IMG/VR virus record: IMGVR_UViG_3300032242_001916
Span: 1 to 64,000 of that record
Length of the DNA: 64,000 nt
Source of the DNA: a virus
Direction: 5' to 3' (one strand)
The notes below the pieces were generated by a model. It was not told where the DNA came from. It did no database searches and was given only the letters and a program-made list of their open reading frames with translations. The translations under genes and the position numbers were made by a program. This document shows, in pieces, positions 35,514 through 45,713 of this stretch. Positions within the stretch are counted from its first letter, which is position 1, and each line of letters begins with the position of its first letter.

Positions 35514-35585
35514 TCCCCCTTAGCTCAACGGCAGAGCACAGAGCTGTTAACTCTGGGGTTGGTGGTTCGAATCCATCAGGGGGAG
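35514..35585 (+). tRNA. tRNA-Asn(GUU)
   Basis: TCCCCCT..CAGAG-CTGTTAA-CTCTG..GGTTCGAATCC; no encoded CCA. Confidence 0.92.
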
Positions 35586-35657
35586 CGATAAACGTTTTAT
35601 AGATACAAATGTTTATTAATAAGAGAGAATAAAAACACAAACTCATAGGAGAAAAAA

Positions 35658-36068
35658 ATGGCATTGCCAATTAAAAATGGACACATTGGAACACCTTACG
35701 GTAAACCAGGTGCTATATGGATGGCAGGACACCACCAAGGCGTAGACTTCCCTACCCCTGTTGGAACACCTGTACTCGCGGCAGCAGATGGAACTGTTAT
35801 TGGCGTTGGACAGTGTTGGGGACCTAACTTTGGTAACCATCAGGTCATTGTTAAGCATGTAGTTGAAAAGCGTGCTTTTTACACAATTTACGCACATTGT
35901 TCGTCTGACTTTGTAAAAGTCGGAGACGAAGTAAAGAAGGGCCAAAAGATTGCTCTATCTGGTGCTGAAGGTCACGTAACTGGGCCGCACCTACACTTTG
36001 AAGCCCACACCGTATCTCATTGGGATACTAAGACCGATGTAAACCCACAACCATTGCTCGACGCATAA
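35658..36068 (+). CDS. M23 peptidase (endolysin candidate)
   Basis: HQGVD, YAH, GPHLHFE. Confidence 0.9.
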   Translation: MALPIKNGHIGTPYGKPGAIWMAGHHQGVDFPTPVGTPVLAAADGTVIGVGQCWGPNFGNHQVIVKHVVEKRAFYTIYAHCSSDFVKVGDEVKKGQKIALSGAEGHVTGPHLHFEAHTVSHWDTKTDVNPQPLLDA

Positions 36069-36295
36069 CTTAATAAACTTCACCCTGCGAGGGCAGGAGA
36101 GATAGCGATGATCGTTATTAAAGAAGTGGTCACCAAAGAGCGCTGTGACTCCTGCCCCGCACGTGGTACTTTTAGAATTACCCTAAAAACAGGGAAACTA
36201 TACTTTTGTACGCATCACTTTAACGAACACAAAGATGCCTTAAATAAACTATAATTAAACCAGATTTATTATCTCATCCATAGGAAGATAGCTAT

Positions 36296-37102
36296 ATGTT
36301 AATGAACAATAACCAAAATGGGTCATTTAAACCGGGCGGATACTACGGAAGAAAAATGCGTAGAAACGCAGGCCGCGGTAGTTATGACTACACAGGTAAC
36401 TGGAATCCTTTTAAAGCTGCTAGTAAAGCGCTTGGTATGTTTAATACCGCAGATATGCAATTAAGAAATAATCTTCGAGTAGGGCTTATGAAGGGCATGG
36501 TTTCTGCTGAAGCAGCAAAAATGAAAACTGCGGCACAAGGCGAAGCCAGCGTAGATTTCTGGGAAAACTTAAATAAAGCACACTCAGGTATACAAGAAAA
36601 CGATCCAAGAATGGGCCCTATCACATCTGCTACACCGGGTGGAAAAGTTACCACATCTGGTCAGGCAAACATTATTGCAGCAGAAGAAAAGAATAAAAGA
36701 CTTAAAGACAAAGCTAAAGATCGTGCTGATGAGCCAAAGCCTGGTACTTCACAATCTGGCACTGGTACTCCGCCACCTGACACTAGTAAAAGAAAAGATT
36801 CTACAGTGGCTCAGGATCTTGGTACTACCGATGAAGACGGCGTTTATTCTGTAACCGTAAAAACTCCCGCACCACAAGCCGGTGGTGGAACTCCAAGACC
36901 TGTAAGAAACTTTCCTACTTTTACTCCTACAGAAGCTGAAGCTCCTAAAACTGATACCGAAGGTAAAGTAGGTAAAGCTGGCGGGGATGCACCACTAGGA
37001 CCAATGGTACCTATGGGACCGATAGATCCGTTGCACGAAGAAGACGACAAAGTAGTTAATAAAAAAAATAAAGCAGCTGCTCGTCCAGATGACGAAGCCT
37101 AG
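36296..37102 (+). CDS. hypothetical protein with disordered C-terminus
   Basis: 268-aa ORF. Confidence 0.7.
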   Translation: MLMNNNQNGSFKPGGYYGRKMRRNAGRGSYDYTGNWNPFKAASKALGMFNTADMQLRNNLRVGLMKGMVSAEAAKMKTAAQGEASVDFWENLNKAHSGIQENDPRMGPITSATPGGKVTTSGQANIIAAEEKNKRLKDKAKDRADEPKPGTSQSGTGTPPPDTSKRKDSTVAQDLGTTDEDGVYSVTVKTPAPQAGGGTPRPVRNFPTFTPTEAEAPKTDTEGKVGKAGGDAPLGPMVPMGPIDPLHEEDDKVVNKKNKAAARPDDEA

Positions 37103-37126
37103 TATTAATAAACGATAAGGTAAAAC

Positions 37127-38575
37127 ATGTCAAACGTTGAAGATAATTTTAGTGATGTAAGTGCGGCTCCGTCCGCTCCAGCACCTAAAGCTCCAGCACG
37201 TAGTGCTGTAATGAAGGCCGCAGATGCGATGGAACCTTACATGGACGCAACAGCGGCAAATATTTCTGAAATTGACCGAAAACAAGATGAGGCTTTAGCT
37301 GAAAATAATAGAAGAATGCGAGATCTTAAGCTCCACGAGGGTGCTTATACCGCTGCGGATATTCCGTCTCCTCGCGGTGGTCGTGCAGGATTCCCAGCTT
37401 CTACTCCAATAAGTGGTGGAGAAATGTCCCGCCGTCTTGAAAGAGAGTCTAAAGGTGACACTGAAGCCTGGAAAGGTGGGGCTTCCCGTGTTGATGAGCA
37501 TTTAGATGAGCCCGAGCGTAGAGCTCTAGAAGCTCGCAATAAAGACTTGGCCGAAACCCACAGAAAAGGTGTAAACCTTCGGGTTGGTAAAGCAAGAATG
37601 AATGCAGTACGAGATTCATTTTTACGCCATGAAGCAGATCATGCAAAGGCAAATGCTAGCGGAGGAACAAATATTGCAGCTTGTGGAAATAGCGACTGTG
37701 CAGATAGACGCGCTCAACTAAAGGGTGTTGGAGCAGAGTATACATTGCCTAACTTTATGGAGCATCATGGTGGTGAAGGAACTCTTATTGGTGAAGCTGC
37801 ACAAAATGCGGAAGATGCTGAGCGTGCTCATCCAAGAAACGAAGAGCCTGCCCCAATTAGCCCAGAGCATTGGCACAATGACCGAAACTGCCAGTACTGG
37901 ACTCGACTATACCAACTTGCAGATATGACTTCTGATGATAAAGTAACTGTTTCTCCCCACGAAGTTAAATCTTTTATTTCTCAAGCTTCTGGAAGAACTA
38001 CAAGAGTTGGAGCTAGCAAGGGCGGTGTCGGAGGACGCGTTGTTGGAGTTAAAAAAGAGTCTCTTGCAGCAGATCAACCATGGTTCTGGAATGCAGGCCA
38101 TACTTCTACCGTAGAGGCGTCTAAAGGTCCTTGGGGACTAATGAGACAGGCACTTAATAAAATTCGCCTACATGATAAAGAGCATGCAGACGTAGATGCA
38201 TCAACTCTTAAGTACAGAACTCCTGAAGCTAAAGCTGCAAGAAAAGCGGAAATTACAGGCGCAAGAGACCATGCAATTAAGATTGCAGATCAAGTTAAGT
38301 CTGCTATTCAAGCACATGCACTTGCGCTTCGTGCATCAAAGAAAAGTGGCGCAGCAGATAGCGCTGCGGCAGTTTCGGCAACTGGGGCAGTACTCCGCGA
38401 ATCTATAGGTAAGGGTGAAACTCGTGCTAAGGGAAGCGCTTCTGGCACAATAGCAGATGATTTAGCCGCTAATGGTGATCAGACTGCTAAGGATTCTGGA
38501 ACAATTACTGATGCTGGAAGACTTGTACCAAAAGCTCGAGTAGGCCTTAAAAAAGATAGCCCAACCGCGGAATAA
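37127..38575 (+). CDS. large Ala-rich orphan protein
   Basis: 482-aa ORF; HEADH..CGNSDC. Confidence 0.75.
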   Translation: MSNVEDNFSDVSAAPSAPAPKAPARSAVMKAADAMEPYMDATAANISEIDRKQDEALAENNRRMRDLKLHEGAYTAADIPSPRGGRAGFPASTPISGGEMSRRLERESKGDTEAWKGGASRVDEHLDEPERRALEARNKDLAETHRKGVNLRVGKARMNAVRDSFLRHEADHAKANASGGTNIAACGNSDCADRRAQLKGVGAEYTLPNFMEHHGGEGTLIGEAAQNAEDAERAHPRNEEPAPISPEHWHNDRNCQYWTRLYQLADMTSDDKVTVSPHEVKSFISQASGRTTRVGASKGGVGGRVVGVKKESLAADQPWFWNAGHTSTVEASKGPWGLMRQALNKIRLHDKEHADVDASTLKYRTPEAKAARKAEITGARDHAIKIADQVKSAIQAHALALRASKKSGAADSAAAVSATGAVLRESIGKGETRAKGSASGTIADDLAANGDQTAKDSGTITDAGRLVPKARVGLKKDSPTAE

Positions 38576-38578
38576 ATT

Positions 38579-38785
38579 ATGAGTAGAAGTTTTAAAGACT
38601 TCCAAAACGCTAAAACTGACCGTTATCCTAAGAGAAAAAAGAATCTTAGGCACAACGGCAGAGAAGCCTATAATTTCTTTTCTGAGATTGATGAAGAAGA
38701 CTACACGCCTAAAAGTGAAGAAAACTCTAGTATTTTTACCTATCGTAGCGTAGGTAGAGGTGTTCAAGGAGAATCAAGTAACTAA
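38579..38785 (+). CDS. hypothetical protein
   Basis: ORF track. Confidence 0.55.
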   Translation: MSRSFKDFQNAKTDRYPKRKKNLRHNGREAYNFFSEIDEEDYTPKSEENSSIFTYRSVGRGVQGESSN

Positions 38786-39078
38786 TGCCTAGAAGTAAAG
38801 CCCAATTTAAGCGGGGGAGCTCTATACTTCCTAAACTTACACAACCAGTAGCATTTAAGAATAAGTTCCCTACGCACTGCGATACCTGTGGAACTAAGCA
38901 GGGTATTGGTCAAGTAATGATGTCCGCAGATCCTGGGGACAAAAAATGGACTGCAGAATGCGATCAGTGTGCTACTATAAAAGAAGCTGCTCAAGAGCAG
39001 TCTGATAAAGAATGGAATAGCGTACCAGCTATGCGCATTCCAGAAGATTATGATGGAGATTATCATGGCCGCCGGTAA
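38785..39078 (+). CDS. Zn-ribbon hypothetical protein
   Basis: NKFPTHCDTCG...CDQC. Confidence 0.65.
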   Translation: MPRSKAQFKRGSSILPKLTQPVAFKNKFPTHCDTCGTKQGIGQVMMSADPGDKKWTAECDQCATIKEAAQEQSDKEWNSVPAMRIPEDYDGDYHGRR

Positions 39079-39379
39079 GAATGAAGATCATAAAGGCGCT
39101 AAGTCTTATACTTTAGGCCCATATAAAGGCAGTGATGCTAATGGTGGGCGTGCTATCTATGTTAAGAAATATAAAGGCAAAGATGGCAAATGGCATACAA
39201 CTTCTGAAAATAAAGCTCGTAAAGACTATGAAGATAAGAACGGCAAAGTCGGTAAGGGTAAAGAAGTTGACCATAAGGATAATAATAAGAAAAATGACTC
39301 GAAGAGCAATCTTCGTGTAATATCAAAGAGTGATAACGTCGCTAAAGAAAACAAGCGCCGTGCTACTAAGAAAAAGTAA
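39065..39379 (+). CDS. small HNH endonuclease-like protein
   Basis: EVDHKDNNKKND..SNLRVIS..DN. Confidence 0.8.
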   Translation: MAAGKNEDHKGAKSYTLGPYKGSDANGGRAIYVKKYKGKDGKWHTTSENKARKDYEDKNGKVGKGKEVDHKDNNKKNDSKSNLRVISKSDNVAKENKRRATKKK

Positions 39380-39389
39380 AGGAATATAA

Positions 39390-39593
39390 ATGCATAAAAT
39401 TCTAACCTGGTTAGCAACTAACCCGCTTGCTACCGCAGTAAAAATTGGTGCTGGTGCAGCACTAAGTTGGGTTCTAGAAAATATTGGGTCTTTCAATTTT
39501 GCCCCAGCTACCTCAGCGGTAGTTATTGCAGCTACAACAGTGGCTATTAATGCTCTTAATCCAGCTGATAAGCGCTATGGTGTAGGGAAGTAA
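39390..39593 (+). CDS. holin-like two-TM protein
   Basis: two hydrophobic helices, LNPADKRYG tail. Confidence 0.65.
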   Translation: MHKILTWLATNPLATAVKIGAGAALSWVLENIGSFNFAPATSAVVIAATTVAINALNPADKRYGVGK

Positions 39594-39597
39594 TATA

Positions 39598-39909
39598 ATG
39601 GGTGAATCTGCAGCATGGCAGCGTAAAGAGGGTAAAAACCCTAAAGGTGGTCTAAACGCCAAAGGTCGTGCTTCAGCAAAAGCTGAAGGTCATAATCTTA
39701 AAGCACCAGTAAAATCTGGAGATAATCCACGTCGTGCGTCTTTCTTAGCACGTATGGGTGGAATGCCAGGACCAGAATACGATAAAGATGGTAAGCCAAC
39801 CCGCTTGTTACTTTCATTGCAGGCTTGGGGCGCTTCAAGCAAAGCTGACGCTAAAAAGAAAGCAGCAGCTATTTCTAAGCGCAATGAGTCAAAAAAGAAG
39901 ACAAAATAA
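39598..39909 (+). CDS. DUF6321-like basic protein
   Basis: AWQRKEGKNPKGGLNAKGRAS..RRASFLARM. Confidence 0.7.
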   Translation: MGESAAWQRKEGKNPKGGLNAKGRASAKAEGHNLKAPVKSGDNPRRASFLARMGGMPGPEYDKDGKPTRLLLSLQAWGASSKADAKKKAAAISKRNESKKKTK

Positions 39910-40109
39910 TGGCTGAAAAGAAAAAGCCAGCAAAGGCTAAATCTAAAGTTAATGAAGCTGGTAATTACACCAAGCCGGCATTACGTGCGTCTTTGTTTAA
40001 AAAAATTAAGGCTGGCACAAAAGGCGGAGATGCAGGCCAATGGTCAGCACGTAAAGCACAGCTTCTTGCATCTGAATACAAGAAAGCTGGCGGAGGATAC
40101 AAAGACTAA
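39909..40109 (+). CDS. DUF5872-like protein, N-terminal half
   Basis: YTKP.LR....KIKAG.KGG..GQWSARKAQL....YKK.GGGY. Confidence 0.7.
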   Translation: MAEKKKPAKAKSKVNEAGNYTKPALRASLFKKIKAGTKGGDAGQWSARKAQLLASEYKKAGGGYKD

Positions 40110-40351
40110 TGGCTAAGGCAAAACCTCAAAAGTCTCTAGATAAATGGACTAAAGAAAAATGGCGTACTTCAGATGGTAGCCCGTCTGAGGGTAAAAAACG
40201 CTATTTACCAGATAAAGCTTGGGACTCGCTTAGCGCTAAAGAAAAAGCTGCTACTAACAAAGCTAAAGCTGCTGGGGATAAAAAAGGTAAGCAATACGTA
40301 GATCAGCCTAAAAAGATTGCTAAGAAGACCGCAAAGTACAGGAGTAAGTAA
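40109..40351 (+). CDS. DUF5872-like protein, C-terminal half
   Basis: QKSL.KWTKEKWRT.DG....RYLP.KAW. Confidence 0.7.
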   Translation: MAKAKPQKSLDKWTKEKWRTSDGSPSEGKKRYLPDKAWDSLSAKEKAATNKAKAAGDKKGKQYVDQPKKIAKKTAKYRSK

Positions 40352-40785
40352 TGAGTAAATTACCTGAAGAGTTAAAAGAACTTTTGGCTGATGTTACTGT
40401 CTTTTACTTCCGTACCCACGGTTATCATTGGAATGTTGAGGGCGAAGATTTTGCCGCTTACCATGAATTATTTGAAAATATCTACGAAGATGTGTATAGT
40501 AGTATAGATCCAATTGCGGAAAATATTCGTAAGTTAGACGAGTACGCTCCGTTCAAATTAGATACACTAATAAAGTTGGCCTCGCTAGAAGATAGCAAGG
40601 TTCCGACCAAACCGGTGGCAATGGCAAAAGATTTGCTTAGTGCCAACGGTGAGGTAATCGAAAAACTAAAATCGGTTTTTCATACCGCTAATGATGCTGA
40701 CGAGCAAGGAATTGCTAACTTCATCGCGGAGAGAATTGACATGCATCAGAAATGGGCATGGCAACTCAAGGCTAGCACAAAATAA
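40351..40785 (+). CDS. dps: Dps ferritin-like DNA protection protein
   Basis: HGYHWNVEG.DF...H.LFE..Y....D.IAE.IR; HQKWAWQL. Confidence 0.93.
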   Translation: MSKLPEELKELLADVTVFYFRTHGYHWNVEGEDFAAYHELFENIYEDVYSSIDPIAENIRKLDEYAPFKLDTLIKLASLEDSKVPTKPVAMAKDLLSANGEVIEKLKSVFHTANDADEQGIANFIAERIDMHQKWAWQLKASTK

Positions 40786-40812
40786 CCCTCTAGAGAAAAA
40801 GGTAATGATCAA

Positions 40813-41820
40813 ATGTCATTAAATCTTGACGCCGGTGCATTCGTTGTATCCGGAAATATTGCAAGTCCTTCTGCAGGTACAACTGTACTTATCCAGAATA
40901 CGCCTTGTGAACTAGATGTTGCAGGTTTCCAGTTGTACGCAGGTACCGTTGGCACAACCCCATCATCATTCAACATTAAGGTAACTCCTCCAACTGTAGC
41001 TCCAGTCTACGCACGTACCTACAATTACAACTACGCAACTGCTAAGAATGTAGCAGTTTCAAACATTGCAACTGATGGTACAACCCTAACCTTCACAACT
41101 GCTGCAGCACACAGCTTGAACACCGGCGATGTAATTTCCGTAACTGGTTCAACTCTTCCTGCTTGGAACCTGAAGGATGCTGTTGTTGCATCTGCAACTC
41201 CTGGTACAACCACTTTCACAGTTAAGTACCCAGAAGCTACCGCAACTTCAATCCACGCAACTGGTGTTCTATCAGTACCTTACGCTAACATGTCAAACAA
41301 TGGTTCAGGTGTTGGTACTTTCCAGACTTCTACCAATCATGGCTTGAAGACTGGCGATAAGGTAACTATCACTGGTATTTCAACCGCTACTGGCTACAAC
41401 ATCACAAACCAGGCTGTAACTGTAACTGGTGGAAACACCTTCACAGCTGCTGTATCAGGAACCCTAACCGGTGGTTCAGGTACCGGTGCAGTAGTCGTGA
41501 CCGTTGTGGCAAGCTCAATTAGCCCAATTGTTGTTACAAAGGGTAAGGTTGTAGACGCTGTTCAGCTAGTAACCGACGTTACCGATTACAATGTATCTCC
41601 TGATTTTACTCAGGGTACTGCGTACTACGGATACGTTTCTGACCAGGTTCTTCCGATCAACGCTAAGGGTGTAACCTTTGGTGCTGCTACCGCTCTTGGT
41701 AACGCAGATGCTCGTATTGCTGGCAAGATTCCTACAGGTTCAAAGATTGAACTTGAGATTCTTGTTGCAGGTAGTTCACTTGCTAACCTTGCTTACGGTG
41801 TAGAGTTCAAGAAGAAGTAA
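40813..41820 (+). CDS. virion decoration-like protein with two beta-barrel (E1-FCCH-like) repeats
   Basis: TAAAHSLNTGDVISVTG; TNHGLKTGDKVTITG. Confidence 0.6.
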   Translation: MSLNLDAGAFVVSGNIASPSAGTTVLIQNTPCELDVAGFQLYAGTVGTTPSSFNIKVTPPTVAPVYARTYNYNYATAKNVAVSNIATDGTTLTFTTAAAHSLNTGDVISVTGSTLPAWNLKDAVVASATPGTTTFTVKYPEATATSIHATGVLSVPYANMSNNGSGVGTFQTSTNHGLKTGDKVTITGISTATGYNITNQAVTVTGGNTFTAAVSGTLTGGSGTGAVVVTVVASSISPIVVTKGKVVDAVQLVTDVTDYNVSPDFTQGTAYYGYVSDQVLPINAKGVTFGAATALGNADARIAGKIPTGSKIELEILVAGSSLANLAYGVEFKKK

Positions 41821-41836
41821 TCTAAATTAACCCACA

Positions 41837-41880
41837 GGAACCCTACCTAGGCTGCTATAATCGGCTTAGGTAGGGTTTCC
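41837..41880 (+). terminator. hairpin terminator
   Basis: ACCCTACCTA/TAGGTAGGGT stem. Confidence 0.6.
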
Positions 41881-41906
41881 TACTTATAAACAAAAAGGTA
41901 GAAATT

Positions 41907-42215
41907 ATGAAATGCAATAATTGTGATGCACAGGCTACTTACTTCTTTGCATCTTTTGGTGCAGCTACTCAGTACTTTTGTGAACCATGTGTTCCTTGGT
42001 CTTTGCAGGATCGTTTGAGTGCCGGAGAGCTTTCAAAAATTGAGGATATTACAGCTCCTTTTGAGCCTGCTCCATTAGAAGAGCCTGTTGTTGAAGAGGC
42101 CCCAGTTGAGCCTGCCCCAACACAAACAAAGTCAAAGAAGACAAAAACCGCAGTAGTAGAAGACGTATTACCTGATACGGCGGATACGGTCGATTCAAAT
42201 GTCCCGAATAACTAG
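41907..42215 (+). CDS. Zn-ribbon hypothetical protein
   Basis: CNNC..FCEPC. Confidence 0.65.
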   Translation: MKCNNCDAQATYFFASFGAATQYFCEPCVPWSLQDRLSAGELSKIEDITAPFEPAPLEEPVVEEAPVEPAPTQTKSKKTKTAVVEDVLPDTADTVDSNVPNN

Positions 42216-42489
42216 GATTCAAACAAAACAAGGACACCCGGTACCTAGAACGGCATTGCCTCCTAGAGGACCATTTCCATCAGAACTATACACTTCTCAA
42301 CCTGTAGTTGAAACTTACGTGGGTATTAGTGGAAATGGTAGCCCAGAGGTGCCTGCAGAGGGCACGGCGCAAAATAACTTTACCCCGTACAAATGGTACC
42401 GGTGCAAGTTATGCTCCGACTTAGTACGTCAAGATGCTCTTGCAGATCATATCTGTGCAGAAGAGGAAGATGAAATAGATGAATTCTGA
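42199..42489 (+). CDS. hypothetical protein with CxxC...HxC
   Basis: CKLC...HIC. Confidence 0.65.
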   Translation: MSRITRIQTKQGHPVPRTALPPRGPFPSELYTSQPVVETYVGISGNGSPEVPAEGTAQNNFTPYKWYRCKLCSDLVRQDALADHICAEEEDEIDEF

Positions 42490-42664
42490 AATTGAAGAAG
42501 TACCAGAGCATTTGCACTTTACTGCTGATAATCATGTACATGAAAAAATGTGGACAGCTCAAATGACTGGCACTCATTTTTTGAAGCATGAGTACGTAGA
42601 GACTGACGATTACTTAGCAGAAGATCTAGAACGCATAGATTTTACGCTTACTGACACTTTTTAA
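42479..42664 (+). CDS. hypothetical protein
   Basis: ORF track. Confidence 0.55.
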   Translation: MNSEIEEVPEHLHFTADNHVHEKMWTAQMTGTHFLKHEYVETDDYLAEDLERIDFTLTDTF

Positions 42665-42673
42665 GGATAGGTT

Positions 42674-43501
42674 ATGGCTGCTGACGACAATATGGATGAT
42701 ATCTATACTCATATAGGCACACCAGACAGAGAAGCTTACGACCAAGTATTTCCTCGTAATACTACGATGAAAAATCTTAATAGGCCTCAAAACTTACCCC
42801 GTGGATACGGTATGACGTCGCATCTTGCTAGTCAGGTAGGGACTTATGGATTCCAGCTTCCTCCTGTTGGCAGTCGTGCTCAAATGCTGCAAAACGTAGA
42901 TTTTATTGAACATGTAGCACACCACGATTTTTACTACGATGACTCAAAAGGCAATACCACCGGTACAAGTTTTGAAAATCAATCACAAAGAGCTATTGAG
43001 CCTTATATAGGTGAAAAATACATTTACGGTGATACTGGCGAGGAAGTAAACCTTGCACCAGTATACTTTGGTCCTTCAAACATGAATACCGAAATTCCCA
43101 CAAGAACCAAGAACCCTATGCGCCCCCGTACAGTGGCCGCGGCTTTTGATCCTAAAAGACACATAATTACCATCATATTTAGAGATGGAACTATGTATAA
43201 TTATTATGAGTGCGATCGAGTTGACTGGAATGGCTTTGTTAGAGAGTCAACTAAGGGAGACTACATTGCTAGAGTATTGGATGCTAAGCCAAGAGGCATT
43301 GCTGACTCCTCCTCGGTAGACCCTCAGATTAGATTAGCAGCGGTAACTGCAGCAAGACTGCAGCAGTTTGATCGTTCACGCAAGGGCGGCAACTTTAAAC
43401 CAGCAGCTCCTAAACGGCCCTACACGCCTCGTGGAACGGCTAAGACAAATAACTTGTATACTAGTGGTAGAAAAGGCGGCTACCAAGGAAAGACTTTTTA
43501 A
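42674..43501 (+). CDS. KTSC-domain-containing protein
   Basis: AAAFDP.....TIIFRDGTMYNYY......W..F....TKG.YI. Confidence 0.75.
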   Translation: MAADDNMDDIYTHIGTPDREAYDQVFPRNTTMKNLNRPQNLPRGYGMTSHLASQVGTYGFQLPPVGSRAQMLQNVDFIEHVAHHDFYYDDSKGNTTGTSFENQSQRAIEPYIGEKYIYGDTGEEVNLAPVYFGPSNMNTEIPTRTKNPMRPRTVAAAFDPKRHIITIIFRDGTMYNYYECDRVDWNGFVRESTKGDYIARVLDAKPRGIADSSSVDPQIRLAAVTAARLQQFDRSRKGGNFKPAAPKRPYTPRGTAKTNNLYTSGRKGGYQGKTF

Positions 43502-43504
43502 AAT

Positions 43505-43819
43505 ATGGCAACAGAACCTAAAGAATTTAAAAATATATATTGGCACCCTTTAAAATATGCGGTAAAGCCAAAAGAACTGTTTGAACGAGCAGAAACTCAA
43601 GAAATTGATCCACCTTTTAGAGGTGGCAAGGGATGGGCAATAAGACTCCCTTTTACTCGTCAAGCTCTTGTAATAGGCAAATGGACGGCGTCCTACTCTG
43701 AAAGCGAAGCATTAACTTACGCTATTAGAGGGAGATATGTCTCAGAAGATGAGTTAGACTGGGATATAGTTCGTTATGGAACCAGTGAGGCGGAAAATGA
43801 TACGGCGCAACAAGTCTGA
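43505..43819 (+). CDS. hypothetical protein
   Basis: ETQEIDPPFR.GKG..IRLPF. Confidence 0.7.
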   Translation: MATEPKEFKNIYWHPLKYAVKPKELFERAETQEIDPPFRGGKGWAIRLPFTRQALVIGKWTASYSESEALTYAIRGRYVSEDELDWDIVRYGTSEAENDTAQQV

Positions 43820-44039
43820 AAAAGAACAGACAAAACTAGAGAAGCGCATAGCTTCTATGGATACAGACCAACTTACTCGTTGGCTTGATCAAGCCCTATT
43901 TACTATTGGACGTAACGTATCTGATTGGGCATCTAGTCGTGAACCTGCGTATATTAATGAAGCACACTCAGGAGCTGAAGTACTACACCTAGCTGTAGCT
44001 GAGCTTAAGCGCCGTGCAGATGCAACAAGGAACTTATAA
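43797..44039 (+). CDS. helical protein immediately upstream of the terminase (small-subunit candidate)
   Basis: position only. Confidence 0.5.
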   Translation: MIRRNKSEKEQTKLEKRIASMDTDQLTRWLDQALFTIGRNVSDWASSREPAYINEAHSGAEVLHLAVAELKRRADATRNL

Positions 44040-44040
44040 C

Positions 44041-45630
44041 ATGGCAAGTGAAGAAGAAGAATTATTTGAAGAATTATTCTTTGAAGACCCTGCAGCTTAT
44101 ATTGAAATTTCTGAAGGAGAAGAAGAGCAGGAAGATGGGCTCGATGAGCTCTCTAGAGAATTTGTAAGACAGCTTATTGATAAAATCATGGAGTTTATGA
44201 CTGTCCTTGTTGGACACGAACTCCATCCTTATCAGAAGCCACTAGCTAGAAGAATTATTGAATCCATTATTATTAATGATGGTGAAGAAATTACCGCTCT
44301 TGCGGCACGTCAGTCTGGTAAATCAGAGACGATTGCTAATACGGTAGCCACATTAATGGTTATTCTTCCACGACTAGCTAAGATATACCCTGAGCTTCTT
44401 GGAAAATTTGGAGATGGATTGTGGGTTGGAATGTTTGCCCCAATTCAGTCCCAGGCTGAAACTTTGTTCTCAAGAGTAGTCAGCCGCCTCACTAGTGAGA
44501 CGGCACTTGAGATCCTCAACGACGCGGAGATAGACGACGCGCTTGGCAAAAATGCGGGTGTAGTCAAAAACATCAAGCTAAAGAACTCTGGTTCTATAGC
44601 CATGATGATGACGGCAAACCCTAGAGCAAAGATCGAATCGAAATCCTTTCACCTTATGATTATTGACGAATGTCAGGAAGCAGATGATTTTGTTGTTGCC
44701 AAATCTATTAGCCCAATGGGTGCTTACTATAACGCTACAATGGTTAAAACGGGAACCCCAACCACATCAAAAAATAACTTCTACCGAGCCATACAGCTAA
44801 ACAAGAGGCGCCAAACAGGGCGCAACTCTAAACAAAACCACTACCAGTGGGACTGGCGAGATGTTGCTAAAGTAAACCCAAACTACGATAAGTTCATTAA
44901 AAAAGAAATGTTACGTATTGGTGAGGACTCTGATGAGTTCCAAATGTCTTATTTTTGCAAATGGTTGCTAGAACGAGGCATGTTTGTTACATCCAATGTT
45001 ATGGATGATTTAGGGGATACCTCACAGGAATTAGTCAAGAGCTGGCATCAATCCCCGGTAATTGTAGGTATTGACCCTGCCCGTAAAATGGACTCTACGA
45101 TTGTTACTGTAGTCTGGGTAGACTGGGATAGGCCAGATGAGTTTAATTATTATGATCATAGAGTACTTAACTGGTTAGAGATTCAAGGTGATGACTGGGA
45201 AGAGCAGTACTACCAGATTGTTAACTTTTTAAGTGCTTATGATGTTTTGGCTATTGGTATTGATGCTAACGGTGTTGGAGATGCTGTAGCACAGCGACTT
45301 AAAGTACTTATGCCTAGAGCACAGGTAGTTCCTCTAACTAGTAGCCCAACTGAACAATCTAAGCGATTTAAGCATTTACAAGCTCTTATTCAGCGCAGGA
45401 TGATTGCTTGGCCCGCCCACGCTAAAACTCGTCGTTTACGTATTTGGAAACGTTTCTACCAACAAATGGTTGATGCTGAAGTACAATATAAAGGACCAAA
45501 CTTTTTGGTCGCAGCTCCAGATGAAGCACATGCACATGATGACTTTGTGGATTCTTTAGCTATTGCCTGCTCTATGACCCAAGAACTAGTTATGCCAAGC
45601 GTAGAAGTTAGTTCAAATCCTTTTTTCTAA
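44041..45630 (+). CDS. terL: terminase large subunit
   Basis: ARQSGKS, IIDE, TGTP, GIDPAR, HDDFVDS. Confidence 0.93.
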   Translation: MASEEEELFEELFFEDPAAYIEISEGEEEQEDGLDELSREFVRQLIDKIMEFMTVLVGHELHPYQKPLARRIIESIIINDGEEITALAARQSGKSETIANTVATLMVILPRLAKIYPELLGKFGDGLWVGMFAPIQSQAETLFSRVVSRLTSETALEILNDAEIDDALGKNAGVVKNIKLKNSGSIAMMMTANPRAKIESKSFHLMIIDECQEADDFVVAKSISPMGAYYNATMVKTGTPTTSKNNFYRAIQLNKRRQTGRNSKQNHYQWDWRDVAKVNPNYDKFIKKEMLRIGEDSDEFQMSYFCKWLLERGMFVTSNVMDDLGDTSQELVKSWHQSPVIVGIDPARKMDSTIVTVVWVDWDRPDEFNYYDHRVLNWLEIQGDDWEEQYYQIVNFLSAYDVLAIGIDANGVGDAVAQRLKVLMPRAQVVPLTSSPTEQSKRFKHLQALIQRRMIAWPAHAKTRRLRIWKRFYQQMVDAEVQYKGPNFLVAAPDEAHAHDDFVDSLAIACSMTQELVMPSVEVSSNPFF

Positions 45631-45713
45631 TTCTTTAAGTTTAGGGCGACATTTAACCAAATTCGTAGGAAACTCAATATGAGGATCCTCAACTTCCTTT
45701 AGGAGAAAAAATT

